This document shows, piece by piece, positions 17,175 through 26,776 of a stretch of 64,000 nt of DNA. This stretch comes from Lachnospiraceae bacterium (lineage in GTDB: Bacteria; Bacillota; Clostridia; Lachnospirales; Lachnospiraceae), in the NCBI GenBank assembly GCA_017634175.1, contig JAGBNY010000018.1, forward strand, positions 2,283-66,282. Reading direction: 5' to 3'. A program made the translations under genes and the position numbers. Position 1 is the first letter of the stretch. Each line of letters opens with the position of its first letter. The notes beneath the pieces were generated by a model. That model saw nothing but the letters and a program-made list of their open reading frames with translations. It was not told the origin of the DNA and made no database searches.

Positions 17175-18683
17175 ATGGATGGGATAGAAGGCGATGACTT
17201 GCTGTCAATAAATCCGATGGCTGATCTTACGGATTTCGAAGCGGCTTGGGATAGCGTTTCATTAGGTATGCCCGGTGAAAAGCCCTCTCAAGTTGGAAAG
17301 GAGTCCAGCAATCGGGTAATTTTCAAAAATAATGATATGCAGGCTTATCTTATTTTATACAGGCCTATTGATGGTAGTGAATATACAAAGCAGGATATTG
17401 CTGATATTCTTGCGAAGAATGGCGTAACTGCTGGAATCAATGAATCTCGCTTTGCGGCCATGATTAAAAAGCACATCTATGGGCAGGAAGTCCTGGTGGC
17501 GGAGGGAGATCCGCCAGTCGATGGGAAGGATGGTTATATAGAGTATAGAAATGACCTGGACATAAAGCACAAAAAACCAGTCATCAGGGCAGATGGCTCA
17601 GTGGACTATACAAGCGTCAACATAATTCGCTGCGTAAACAGCGGCGATCAGATTGCCGAATATCATCCTGCCGTAGAGGGCGTTGCGGGATTCAATGTCA
17701 AAGGAAGGCTGCTGAAGCCGAAGCGTGCCAGAGAAATGAAGCCAATGCATACGATTGGCTGTACTTATGATGAAGAAACCCGTATTTATACGGCCACAAT
17801 GGATGGTAAGCTCGAAATTAATAAAGGGCGGCTCACCGTACAGAATTTTCAGGAGTTCAAGCAGGATATCGACATAGTTTTTGGAAATGTGGATTTTAAG
17901 GGTGACGTGATGATTCATGGCAGCGTGAAGCCTGGTGTCACGATCTCTGCGACTAAGAGCATAACCATAGATGGAGTCCTGGAGGGGAGCAATGTCAATG
18001 CCGGTACGGATCTTATAGTAAAGGGCGGGATCCTTGGCGGTGAATCTTCGAAGATTAATTGCGGAGGCGATTTATTTGCTGACTTCGTAGAATATGCAGA
18101 CATAAATGTTGAGGGGTCAGCTTCTGCCAATATTTTCATGGATTGCAGGGTCTTTGCGAGGGGCTTCGTGAATGCGACGGGGAAGCTTGGAGCCATAGTC
18201 GGAGGGGACATCTATGGGATGAAAGGCGTAGATGCCGTATTTACCGGAAACGATGTGTTCCTTCGCACTGCAATCAGCGTTGGGGCCAAGGAGAAGCTGC
18301 AGAAGACGGTTCTCCTCTTTCAGCAGCAAATTAAGTCCATAGAAACTCTCAGGGAAAAGATAGAGGCTGAACTTGAGACTATTAATAGAGATATGCAGCT
18401 TGGAACTGCTGACTCCATAGAGGAGAAGAAGAAAGAAAAACTCATGCAAAGCAGCATAGATCAAGGGGTGAAGCTCAGGGACCTGAAGCAAAGGCTGGAA
18501 ATATTGAAGCGTTCCATAGAAGAAGCGAAAGGCGCCAAGATCCATGTTGCTGATACAGCGTATGAAGGCTGTGTGATGATGGTTGATGAGAAGCAGCTCT
18601 ATCTGGATAGCAATAAGAGGCAGGTCGAATTTATCAAAGACCCAAGAGGCGACCTTGTTTGCCGACCAGTTCGGAATTGGTGA
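17175..18683 (+). CDS. FapA/DUF342 family protein
   Basis: VAEGDPPVDGKDG, DGSVDY, GNVDFKGDVMIHGSV, beta-helix-like repeats, coiled coil. Confidence 0.85.
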   Translation: MDGIEGDDLLSINPMADLTDFEAAWDSVSLGMPGEKPSQVGKESSNRVIFKNNDMQAYLILYRPIDGSEYTKQDIADILAKNGVTAGINESRFAAMIKKHIYGQEVLVAEGDPPVDGKDGYIEYRNDLDIKHKKPVIRADGSVDYTSVNIIRCVNSGDQIAEYHPAVEGVAGFNVKGRLLKPKRAREMKPMHTIGCTYDEETRIYTATMDGKLEINKGRLTVQNFQEFKQDIDIVFGNVDFKGDVMIHGSVKPGVTISATKSITIDGVLEGSNVNAGTDLIVKGGILGGESSKINCGGDLFADFVEYADINVEGSASANIFMDCRVFARGFVNATGKLGAIVGGDIYGMKGVDAVFTGNDVFLRTAISVGAKEKLQKTVLLFQQQIKSIETLREKIEAELETINRDMQLGTADSIEEKKKEKLMQSSIDQGVKLRDLKQRLEILKRSIEEAKGAKIHVADTAYEGCVMMVDEKQLYLDSNKRQVEFIKDPRGDLVCRPVRNW

Positions 18684-18692
18684 GGATGATGT

Positions 18693-18848
18693 ATGATAGA
18701 TTTCGAGGAAGAGTTGAAGAAGTTTCATCCTTCTCTGGAAGTAAAGGATGTAGAAGATACAATACATAGGAGCGATGTTTCTGATATGTTGGATTTGCTC
18801 CTTACAATGATTAATTCAAGAGTAAGGAGCCCTCAAGAAATGACTTGA
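18693..18848 (+). CDS. Small hypothetical protein, 51 aa (below the ORF-track cutoff)
   Basis: SD GAGGA; MIDFEEELKKFHPSLEVKDVEDTIHRSDVSDMLDLLLTMINSRVRSPQEMT*; fills the gap between fapA and the TPR gene. Confidence 0.7.
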   Translation: MIDFEEELKKFHPSLEVKDVEDTIHRSDVSDMLDLLLTMINSRVRSPQEMT

Positions 18849-18893
18849 TTTTTTGATATTATTCATTAATAGGTCGGGACTTCGGTATACTAT

Positions 18894-20474
18894 ATGAAGT
18901 GCTATAACTGTGGTGCTACTCTTTCTAAAGATGATTTCTGTACAGCTTGTGGAGCGAATGTGAGGCTTTATAAGGAAATCATCTATCTTTCGAATGCGTT
19001 TTACAATGATGGATTAAATAAAGCCCGCGTGCGGGATCTTTCTGGTGCTATAGTCTCGCTGGAGCAAAGCCTGAAGTGCAATAAAAACAATATAGATGCA
19101 AGGAACTTGTTGGGGCTTATCTATTTCGAAATGGGCGAGGCTGTAAGCGCCCTTTCGGAATGGGTCATATCTAAGAGCATTAGGGCGAAGAAAAACATTG
19201 CTAATGATTTCATTGATGAAATTCAAGAGAATACTACAAAACTAGGTACAATAGATCAGACAATTAAAAAATTTAATATATCGTTGGAGTATAGCCGTCA
19301 GGATGCAGAAGACTTGGCTATAATCCAATTAAAGAAAGTCCTTTCATTGAATCCTAATATGGTTGCAGCCTATCAATTATTGGGACTTCTCTATCTTCAT
19401 GCCTCTGATTGGAAAAAGGCTAAGTCAGTCATGGAAAGGGCGATTAAGATAGATAGGAATAATACCACCTGCCTTACATACTTAAGGGAAGCTGAACTGA
19501 AGCTTGAAGGCGAAGGGCAGTCTGCAAAGCCAAAGCGTAAGACAGATGATTCCGTGGTCTATCAAAGGGACAATGAAGTTATTATTCAGCCTTTGAATAA
19601 TGGTTCGGATAAGAGAAGTCCGATTGCTTTGGTAAATGTGCTGGTTGGGCTCGTGATGGGGATAGGCGTGATGTGGTTTTTGATATTGCCAGCCAGGATT
19701 CAATCCGCCAGAAGCGATATGAATAAGCAGCTAAAGGAGGTATCTGAGCAGCTCACTACTAAAACATCGGACATCGATGGCTTGAATAAACAGATAGAGA
19801 CTCTTTCCAGGAACAAAGCGGAGGCTGAGGAACGATTGCTTGAATATACAGGAAATACCGGGGTGATGCAGGATTACAATACCTTGTTCCGGGCTTCGCT
19901 GAATTATATTAAAGACCCTGATGACGCAGTTGGAACTGATAACCTTTTGAGAGAGATTACTACTGTTAGCGAAAATACAGCTTCCAGCGAGTTTACTGAG
20001 CTGCTTAATTACTTAAGGGGGACGGTCACATCTGAGGCTGTTAAAAAGGTCATGGAAGCTGGGATGAAAGCCTATAATGCCCAGGATTATGTTTCTGCTC
20101 GAAATGATTTAGAGCAGGCTTTTGAGATGGATCCTAAGAATGACCAGGCGCTTTATTATTTGGCTATGTCCTATATAAAGAGCGGCGACGAGACGAAGGG
20201 ACATGATTATTTACAGCAATTATTGATAAATTTCCCGGACTCTGAATATAAATCTCGTGCTCAAAGCTATATTGATAAGGGCGAAGAGGAAGAGGCTGCA
20301 ACGCCTAAGAGAAGTAGGGCTAATCGAGAGCCTACATTGCCGCCGGCTCCTGACACTACCGTGGATCAGGCTGCGCTCATAGCTGCCCAACAGGCTGCTG
20401 CTGCTGCCGCGGCAGCAGCGGCACAGGCGCAAATGGGTCTTGGGGCTGACCTTAGTGCAGGAGTAGCACAATAA
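18894..20474 (+). CDS. Zinc-ribbon + TPR membrane protein with coiled coil
   Basis: CYNCG...CTACG; TPR repeats (DARNLLGLIYFEMGE, QALYYLAMSY); one TM; Ala-rich tail. Confidence 0.8.
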   Translation: MKCYNCGATLSKDDFCTACGANVRLYKEIIYLSNAFYNDGLNKARVRDLSGAIVSLEQSLKCNKNNIDARNLLGLIYFEMGEAVSALSEWVISKSIRAKKNIANDFIDEIQENTTKLGTIDQTIKKFNISLEYSRQDAEDLAIIQLKKVLSLNPNMVAAYQLLGLLYLHASDWKKAKSVMERAIKIDRNNTTCLTYLREAELKLEGEGQSAKPKRKTDDSVVYQRDNEVIIQPLNNGSDKRSPIALVNVLVGLVMGIGVMWFLILPARIQSARSDMNKQLKEVSEQLTTKTSDIDGLNKQIETLSRNKAEAEERLLEYTGNTGVMQDYNTLFRASLNYIKDPDDAVGTDNLLREITTVSENTASSEFTELLNYLRGTVTSEAVKKVMEAGMKAYNAQDYVSARNDLEQAFEMDPKNDQALYYLAMSYIKSGDETKGHDYLQQLLINFPDSEYKSRAQSYIDKGEEEEAATPKRSRANREPTLPPAPDTTVDQAALIAAQQAAAAAAAAAAQAQMGLGADLSAGVAQ

Positions 20475-20481
20475 TCGAGCT

Positions 20482-21894
20482 ATGTCAAGGCGAGAATATG
20501 GCATAATTGCCGCCGGTTTTGTGCTGATAGTGGCGCTCGTGGCTCGTTTTTTGAGTAGGAAAGAAAAACAGGATGGAATCATTCTGTTTTCTTTCCTAGT
20601 CTCTGTTGGCTTGAAGTTTTTATATATTAGCGCAACTCCCACCTGGGAAAGACAGCATGACGTGATTGGCTTCGCCAATCCCAAGGGCATAGGTCAGGCT
20701 GCGTACATTGAATGGTTCATTAACAATAATAGGCTGCCTGATTTTGACCCTAGGTCTATCTGGGGGTTTTTCCAGCCCCCGCTCCACCATATACTGTCTG
20801 CGATTTGGATAAAATTGAATTTGGGCTTGGGCTATGGATATACTGCAGCCTGTGAAAATCTTCAAGTCCTAACCTGTTTTTATGGCATAGTTTTTTTGGT
20901 ACTTGCCTATTTTATTTTCCGGGAAATGGGACTCGAAGACAAGGGGCTCAAGGCTGCTTTTTGTTTTGTGGCATTTCATCCGTCTTTCATCTTGCTCTCA
21001 GGTTCAGTAAATAACGATATGCTAATGCATGTGTTCATTGCAATGGCGATTTTTTGGACTCTGAGATGGATTAAGACGAAAAAATGGACTCATATAGCCT
21101 TGATAGCCCTCTCAATAGGACTCTCGATGATGACTAAGCTTGCCGGTGTCCTCTTGGCTCCAGCAACAGCGGTTATTTTCCTGTATGAGCTGATAGATGT
21201 TTTGAGAAAAAAGGATAGAGGGGGATTCATTGGGCTCATCAAGCAATATTTTTTGTTTGGTTTGATAGTTTTTCCTCTAGGGCTATTCTTTCCGCTTAGG
21301 AATTTGGTACTTTTCGGAGTCCCGCTTAATTATACTCCTCCTGTTGGAGAACCGGTGGGGATGCATAGCGTTTTCGACAGATTGTTCAATGTCATCACAG
21401 ATTCTCCTTTTGTGAAGCTTATCCAAAATGGAGATTCTTTTGATGAATTCAATGTTCCTCTTGCATTCATTAAAACTTCGCTGACGGGTGAGTATAATTT
21501 CGCTGGTTCGACTGATTATGTTACAATTTTTGCATGGGGTCTTTTCCTTACAGGTACATTTTTGTATGTACTGATAACGGCTTATGCTATTTATCGATTT
21601 TGTAGAGTCAAGCTTTTGAAAGAGTACTTCAAATTGGGCTTAGAATGTGAAACCTATATTTATATTTTGGTTTTAACGGCATTTATATTCTATTTTAACC
21701 TTTGTTTTTCTATTCCATTTTTCAGTTCACAGGATTTTAGATACATTGCCTTCTTAGTGATACCGATGGCTTTCTTTTTGGGGTGCGTTTTTAGAGAAAC
21801 TAAAAATAAGGCTCTTAAAATGTGTTTAGTCTCACTCATTAGTATGTTTGCCTTATGCGCGTCGCTGGTATATTTTTTGCTGTGCATGCCATGA
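20482..21894 (+). CDS. GT-C fold (GT39/ArnT/PMT-like) integral membrane glycosyltransferase
   Basis: About 12 TM helices; RQHD loop, QPPLHH, VNNDML, MMTK, QDFRYI. Confidence 0.7.
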   Translation: MSRREYGIIAAGFVLIVALVARFLSRKEKQDGIILFSFLVSVGLKFLYISATPTWERQHDVIGFANPKGIGQAAYIEWFINNNRLPDFDPRSIWGFFQPPLHHILSAIWIKLNLGLGYGYTAACENLQVLTCFYGIVFLVLAYFIFREMGLEDKGLKAAFCFVAFHPSFILLSGSVNNDMLMHVFIAMAIFWTLRWIKTKKWTHIALIALSIGLSMMTKLAGVLLAPATAVIFLYELIDVLRKKDRGGFIGLIKQYFLFGLIVFPLGLFFPLRNLVLFGVPLNYTPPVGEPVGMHSVFDRLFNVITDSPFVKLIQNGDSFDEFNVPLAFIKTSLTGEYNFAGSTDYVTIFAWGLFLTGTFLYVLITAYAIYRFCRVKLLKEYFKLGLECETYIYILVLTAFIFYFNLCFSIPFFSSQDFRYIAFLVIPMAFFLGCVFRETKNKALKMCLVSLISMFALCASLVYFLLCMP

Positions 21895-21936
21895 TGAGAG
21901 TGCGGCTAGTTGCAAGCAGATTCTTGGAGACAGTTA

Positions 21937-22989
21937 ATGAAGATAATACATTGCTCGGATATTCATCTGGATAGCCCGCTGACAGGGAATTTTCCTGCCG
22001 AAAAGTCAGAAGAGAGGCGAAATGAAATACTTTTGACTTTTATAAGGATGGTTAAATATGCCAGAGGACAGGGAGTAAGGGCGATTATCATTGCAGGGGA
22101 CTGGTTTGACGATAAGAGGATTTCTCCCAGTACAGCTTCAATATTGACAAAATGCCTTATTGACAGTCCGGAAATAGACTTCCTCTATTTGTCAGGGAAT
22201 CACGATAAGCAAGAGAATTTAGGGGCTGCCTTGATAAAAAGAGTCTTTGGCAAGGCGCCAGCGAACTTGAAGATCCTTGATGGAAATGTGATTCGTCTGG
22301 AAGATGATATTGTGGTTGCAGGTGTATTTACGCCAGATGAGCTGGACTTAGACCCAGGAGATACCAATATCGTCGTATACCATGGCGAGATAGATCCTGC
22401 GGCTTGGAAGCATAGGGAGATAGATTATCTAGCGTTAGGGCATTATCATTCTCTTAAAGAAGGGAGACTCGATGCCAGGGGGATTTATTGCTATAGCGGG
22501 TCGATCGAAGGCAGGGGTTTCGATGAATGTGGTGAAAAAGGCTTCATAAGGCTGGATATCGCGGGTCGGGAAAACGAGCCCAAGAAGATCACTCCTACCT
22601 TTGTCAAAGCATCTAAAAGAACGATTCATGCAATAGATTTAGACATTTCCGGACTTAGGAATACGGGAGAGATTGATGCCAGGATAGAAGAGGCACTCGT
22701 AGGGATTTCTCCGTCTGATATGATAAAGATAAGTCTCTGCGGGAATGCGGCAATGGATTCAGAGAGGAATCTATCATATTTGGAGAAGAAATATGGAGAA
22801 GTATTTTATCTGGTCCGAATTGATGACAAGAGGGTAGTGACGGGCAATTATAAAAATACGATTGAATACGACAAGTCCCTCAAAGGGGAGTTTATAAGGG
22901 AAGTTATGAAAGCTGGCTACAGCGAGGAAGTAAAGAACGCAGTCATAGAGGCTGGTCTTGCGGCATTATCGGGGGCGGAAATTAGATGA
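21937..22989 (+). CDS. Mre11/SbcD-like (YhaO-type) metallophosphoesterase DNA nuclease
   Basis: HCSDIHLD, IAGDWFD, SGNHD, DYLALGHYH, YSGSIEGRGFDE. Confidence 0.88.
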   Translation: MKIIHCSDIHLDSPLTGNFPAEKSEERRNEILLTFIRMVKYARGQGVRAIIIAGDWFDDKRISPSTASILTKCLIDSPEIDFLYLSGNHDKQENLGAALIKRVFGKAPANLKILDGNVIRLEDDIVVAGVFTPDELDLDPGDTNIVVYHGEIDPAAWKHREIDYLALGHYHSLKEGRLDARGIYCYSGSIEGRGFDECGEKGFIRLDIAGRENEPKKITPTFVKASKRTIHAIDLDISGLRNTGEIDARIEEALVGISPSDMIKISLCGNAAMDSERNLSYLEKKYGEVFYLVRIDDKRVVTGNYKNTIEYDKSLKGEFIREVMKAGYSEEVKNAVIEAGLAALSGAEIR

Positions 22990-24548
22990 AGCTGGAGGAA
23001 TGTTACATAGAGAATTTTGGAAAGCTCCATCAAATGAAATGTGGTCTCAAAGGAGGGATGAAGTCCCTGACAACTGAGAACGGATGGGGGAAAACGACCT
23101 TTTCTGCTTTTTTGAAATGTATGTTCTATGGAATGGGCTCAAAAAAGCCTGGGAGCAGGTTCGATAGCTCGGATTACAGGAAGAACTACATGCCTTGGCA
23201 GGGAGGGAGATTTGGCGGCTATGTGGTATTCTCAAATGCACTCGGCCGCTTCAGAATCACCAGATTTTTCGGAGACAGGCCTTCAGAAGATTTTTTTGAG
23301 CTTAGGAACGAAGTTACGCACGAGATATCCAAGTCTTATAGCGAGAAAATAGGCGAGGAATTATTTGGGATTGACAGTAGCGGATTCGAAAAAAGTGCCT
23401 GTATCATGCAAGGGGCAATGGAAATTGGCTCAAATGACAGCATTAATACACGATTAATGGGTCTTTTGGAAGGCGGCGGAGGCGACATGAATTATGAAGC
23501 CGCTATAGGCAGGCTGACTGCTAAAAGGAAAGAATTCATTAAGACCGGTGGAAGGGGCAGGATTGATAAAGATAAGGAAAGAATAGCTGAACTAGAGGAT
23601 AGCTTAAGGACTGACGATGGAATGGCCTCAGAAGAGTGGAGGACACTGAATGAATCCTTGCAGCGCCTTGAAAAGGATGAGAAGGAAAAAAAGGCTGTAA
23701 AAAAAAGTGCTGAGAGGGCCTTGAAGGAGTTTGAAGAATCACATGAAAATGTCAAAGCTGAGAAAGGGCTAATAAAATCCTTTATCTGTCTTTTTTTGAT
23801 GGTTCTTTTTTCTGGTCTTTCTGCTGCTTCTTTCTTCATGAAACTGGCTCCGATTCAGGTTACGGCGGTTCTTTGCCTGATAAGTTTTATTTGTCTTATT
23901 GCTTTTATAGTGCTTATTGTGCTATGGTTTAAAAACTCTAAAAAATCGGATAAAGAGAGGGATGAATTAGAGGACGCTCTTTTCGAGAGCCGCAGCGCCT
24001 ATGACGAGTCTTTGAAGGAACTTGAAACAATGCAGGAACGCATGGATTCCATGAAAGAGACTATCAAAAAGACAAAAACAGGAGTCCAAGAGCAGATAGC
24101 CGCTCTCAGGTCCAGAGTCAAAGAGGACCAGGCGAGGGTAGATATATTGGACAAAGCTCTGTCTTGCATGAGAAAGGCGAGGGAAAGTCTTTCTGGGAAT
24201 TATTTGGATGCGATGAGGAACAGATTTGAGACTTATCTTAAGGAAGTGGCTCCTGATAATAGAAAGACGTCCATCAATACGGACTTTGATATATTGATGG
24301 AAGACCATGGTTTGGAACATAGGCTGCAGGAATTTAGCTGTGGCACTCAAGACGTGATAAATATCTGCGCAAGGTTCGCCTTGGTAGATGCCTTATATAA
24401 AAATGAGGGACCTTTCGTTTTGATGGATGATGTATTCAGTAATCTTGATGATAAGGAGCTTTCGCTTGCTAAGGAAGCCGCAAAAAAGCTTTCGCGGCGT
24501 TTTCAGGTGATATATCTTACCTGCAATAGTTCAAGAAGCATAGCATAG
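22986..24548 (+). CDS. YhaN/SbcE-like SMC-type ATPase with internal TM hairpin
   Basis: IENFGK, ENGWGKTT (Walker A), PWQGGRFGG, FSCGTQD signature, MDDVFSNLD (Walker B), QVIYLTC; two TM helices within the coiled coil. Confidence 0.82.
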   Translation: MKLEECYIENFGKLHQMKCGLKGGMKSLTTENGWGKTTFSAFLKCMFYGMGSKKPGSRFDSSDYRKNYMPWQGGRFGGYVVFSNALGRFRITRFFGDRPSEDFFELRNEVTHEISKSYSEKIGEELFGIDSSGFEKSACIMQGAMEIGSNDSINTRLMGLLEGGGGDMNYEAAIGRLTAKRKEFIKTGGRGRIDKDKERIAELEDSLRTDDGMASEEWRTLNESLQRLEKDEKEKKAVKKSAERALKEFEESHENVKAEKGLIKSFICLFLMVLFSGLSAASFFMKLAPIQVTAVLCLISFICLIAFIVLIVLWFKNSKKSDKERDELEDALFESRSAYDESLKELETMQERMDSMKETIKKTKTGVQEQIAALRSRVKEDQARVDILDKALSCMRKARESLSGNYLDAMRNRFETYLKEVAPDNRKTSINTDFDILMEDHGLEHRLQEFSCGTQDVINICARFALVDALYKNEGPFVLMDDVFSNLDDKELSLAKEAAKKLSRRFQVIYLTCNSSRSIA

Positions 24549-24628
24549 TGAAATACGCCTGCGGGCAGGGGCGATAATCATACTGCCTGGAGTCAAATGC
24601 TCTAAAATAAAAAAGGAGAGTGGAAGAT

Positions 24629-25360
24629 ATGGCAGAGACAATGGACGATTTTAAGAAAGAGATAGACAGCTCACTTGAAAAAGTGGAGCAAGGCGATGTG
24701 ATGGCTGGCAAGGTCGAAACCGAGGAACAGGCAGCGGTCAATCTTGCTTGGCAGCATGTCAAAGAAATGAAGGATGAAAAAAAGGACTTTACCGTAAAAG
24801 TAGGCGGAATGGTGAATGGCGGCCTGATTGCTTATGTGGAGAATATAAGGGGATTCATCCCTGCTTCGCAGCTTTCCTTGGGCTTTGTGGAGAATCTTGA
24901 TGAGTGGCTTGGAAAGGACTTAAAGGTTAGAATCATTACTGCCGATCAAGGCAGGAAGAGACTCGTAATGTCTGCTAAGGTAATACTCAAAGAACAGGCT
25001 GACAAAGAGAGGAAAAAGCGCCTAAACAGCATACAGGTAGGTCAAGTGGTAGAGGGCACCGTAGAGACTATCCAGGACTATGGGGCTTTTGTAAATATTG
25101 CTGACGGTGTTACCGGGCTTTTGCATGTTTCTCAGATTTCTGATAAAAGGATTAAATCTCCACAGGATGTATTGAAAGTTGGGGACAAGGTGACTGCAAA
25201 AGTCATAAAGACTGAGGGTGGGAAGATTTCACTTTCAATAAGGGCTTTAAAGGAGGCTGAGGAGAAAGCTGTTGCGGCTGAAAACGAGCATTACAGCTTG
25301 CCTAAGTCATCTGCTGTAACTACTAATCTGGGGGACTTATTGAAGGGAATCAAGCTTTGA
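24629..25360 (+). CDS. Short two-S1-domain RNA-binding protein (ribosomal S1-like)
   Basis: GGLIAYVENIRGFIPASQL and DYGAFVNIADGVTGLLHVSQIS. Confidence 0.85.
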   Translation: MAETMDDFKKEIDSSLEKVEQGDVMAGKVETEEQAAVNLAWQHVKEMKDEKKDFTVKVGGMVNGGLIAYVENIRGFIPASQLSLGFVENLDEWLGKDLKVRIITADQGRKRLVMSAKVILKEQADKERKKRLNSIQVGQVVEGTVETIQDYGAFVNIADGVTGLLHVSQISDKRIKSPQDVLKVGDKVTAKVIKTEGGKISLSIRALKEAEEKAVAAENEHYSLPKSSAVTTNLGDLLKGIKL

Positions 25361-25878
25361 GGTCATTCCATATATTGGAAATAAAGAAATTTATGAATAT
25401 TCTTCTGACGGGAAAGATTTTTGATCCTTTTCTGTTGGAGGAAGCAACGATAAGGTCTTTTTGCACTTTTTCTATCAATGGGCATTTCGAAAAGGATTTT
25501 ATTCCAGCAGAAGAGCTTCACGGCGAAGAATTTGACGCAAATTCGGAATATGTTTCATGGAGTAAGATTCGTCCTTTTTGTTTGGATTTGATTAAGGGAA
25601 AGAGGACGCCCCTATCCATGAAATTTGTTTTTTTGATTCCAGCAAAGGACTTTTCAGAGAAGCTTAAGGACTATTTTTCGGACAAGTCTTTGTTGAGTGA
25701 ATTGCTATCGGATAATAGAGTATCCAATTTCAAGCTTACGATAAGATTCAGCGAAGATGGACTGTTCGCCATAAGCGGCGTATCCTATATTGATTTTTCC
25801 TTGGACCGCTCGAGTGAAGGAGCATGGGATGAATTTATTCAAAGATTTATTTTGGGGTCCGGCGTAAAGATTGGATGA
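25357..25878 (+). CDS. DUF5721 family protein
   Basis: KFMNILL..FDPFLLEEATI, LIKGKRTPLSMKFVF, FSLDRSSEGAWD; TTG start overlapping the S1 stop. Confidence 0.7.
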   Translation: MRSFHILEIKKFMNILLTGKIFDPFLLEEATIRSFCTFSINGHFEKDFIPAEELHGEEFDANSEYVSWSKIRPFCLDLIKGKRTPLSMKFVFLIPAKDFSEKLKDYFSDKSLLSELLSDNRVSNFKLTIRFSEDGLFAISGVSYIDFSLDRSSEGAWDEFIQRFILGSGVKIG

Positions 25879-25886
25879 GACAGATA

Positions 25887-26723
25887 ATGAAATGTAATTA
25901 TGTGGGTGATAGCTGCTGCGAGCTTCCTCTTGATTTTAAAGAAAGTCATGATTTCGCACTTGTGCCTTTGACGATAGAAGTAGGCGATTACGTAATAAAA
26001 GATGATGAGAACTTTAATCAAAAAGAGTTCCTTCAAAAGGTAGCGGACTACCCTAAATATCCCAAATCGTCTTGTCCTTCTCCAGAAAGCTTTGCTCAGG
26101 CTTTTGGAGAGGGATATGACTGTATCTTTGTTTCCACTCTTTCAGCGCCATTATCGGGTTCATATAATAGTGCCTGCCTAGCTAAGAGTCTTTATCTTGA
26201 GACCCATCCCGATGCAAAAGTACACGTATTCAATTCCATGTCCGCATCTGGGGGTGAAGCTCAGGTCTTGATGTATGCGGCCTCTCAGATTGAAGCTGGA
26301 AAGAGTTTCGAAGAGACAGTAGAAGCCACTGAAAGATTTGTTGAGGGGCTTCGGACCTTTTTCGTACTGGATAGCCTGGAGGCATTAGAAAAAAACGGAC
26401 GGCTGTCCAGGCTCAAGATGGTGGCAGCGACAGCCTTTAATATAAAGCTCGTTTGTACTGCTGACAGAGGGACCATAGTGCAAATGGCGCTTGCTAGAGG
26501 CATGAATAGGGCTTTAGACAAGATGGTCGAGCTTTCCTTGAAAGAACTTAAGAGTACTGCTGATAAGACTCTTTTTGTAACGCATTGTAATTGTAAAGCT
26601 CGGGCAGAAGAAGTCGTGAAAAAGTACCTTGCAAAGGCCAGTTTCAAGAAGACCTATGTATTGGATATGGCTGGCATTAGTTCTTTATATGCGTGTGATG
26701 GCGGGATTATAGTGACTGCTTAA
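25887..26723 (+). CDS. DegV (FakB-like) fatty-acid-binding protein
   Basis: DSCCEL, KSSCPSP, LSAPLSGSYNSA, NSMSASGGE, LEKNGRL. Alternative start 25875. Confidence 0.92.
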   Translation: MKCNYVGDSCCELPLDFKESHDFALVPLTIEVGDYVIKDDENFNQKEFLQKVADYPKYPKSSCPSPESFAQAFGEGYDCIFVSTLSAPLSGSYNSACLAKSLYLETHPDAKVHVFNSMSASGGEAQVLMYAASQIEAGKSFEETVEATERFVEGLRTFFVLDSLEALEKNGRLSRLKMVAATAFNIKLVCTADRGTIVQMALARGMNRALDKMVELSLKELKSTADKTLFVTHCNCKARAEEVVKKYLAKASFKKTYVLDMAGISSLYACDGGIIVTA

Positions 26724-26727
26724 TCGC

Positions 26728-26762
26728 TGAAAATCCGCCGCAGCTCCTGCGGCGGATTTTCA
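26728..26762. terminator. Bidirectional intrinsic terminator between degV and argG
   Basis: Perfect 16-bp stem tgaaaatccgccgcag-ctc-ctgcggcggattttca between convergent genes. Confidence 0.88.
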
Positions 26763-26776
26763 TATGTTAAAATATG

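Noticed and set aside
20380-20430. GCT/GCA trinucleotide run as a phase-variable repeat
   Set aside because: It is in frame with mixed Ala codons; length change would not shift the frame.
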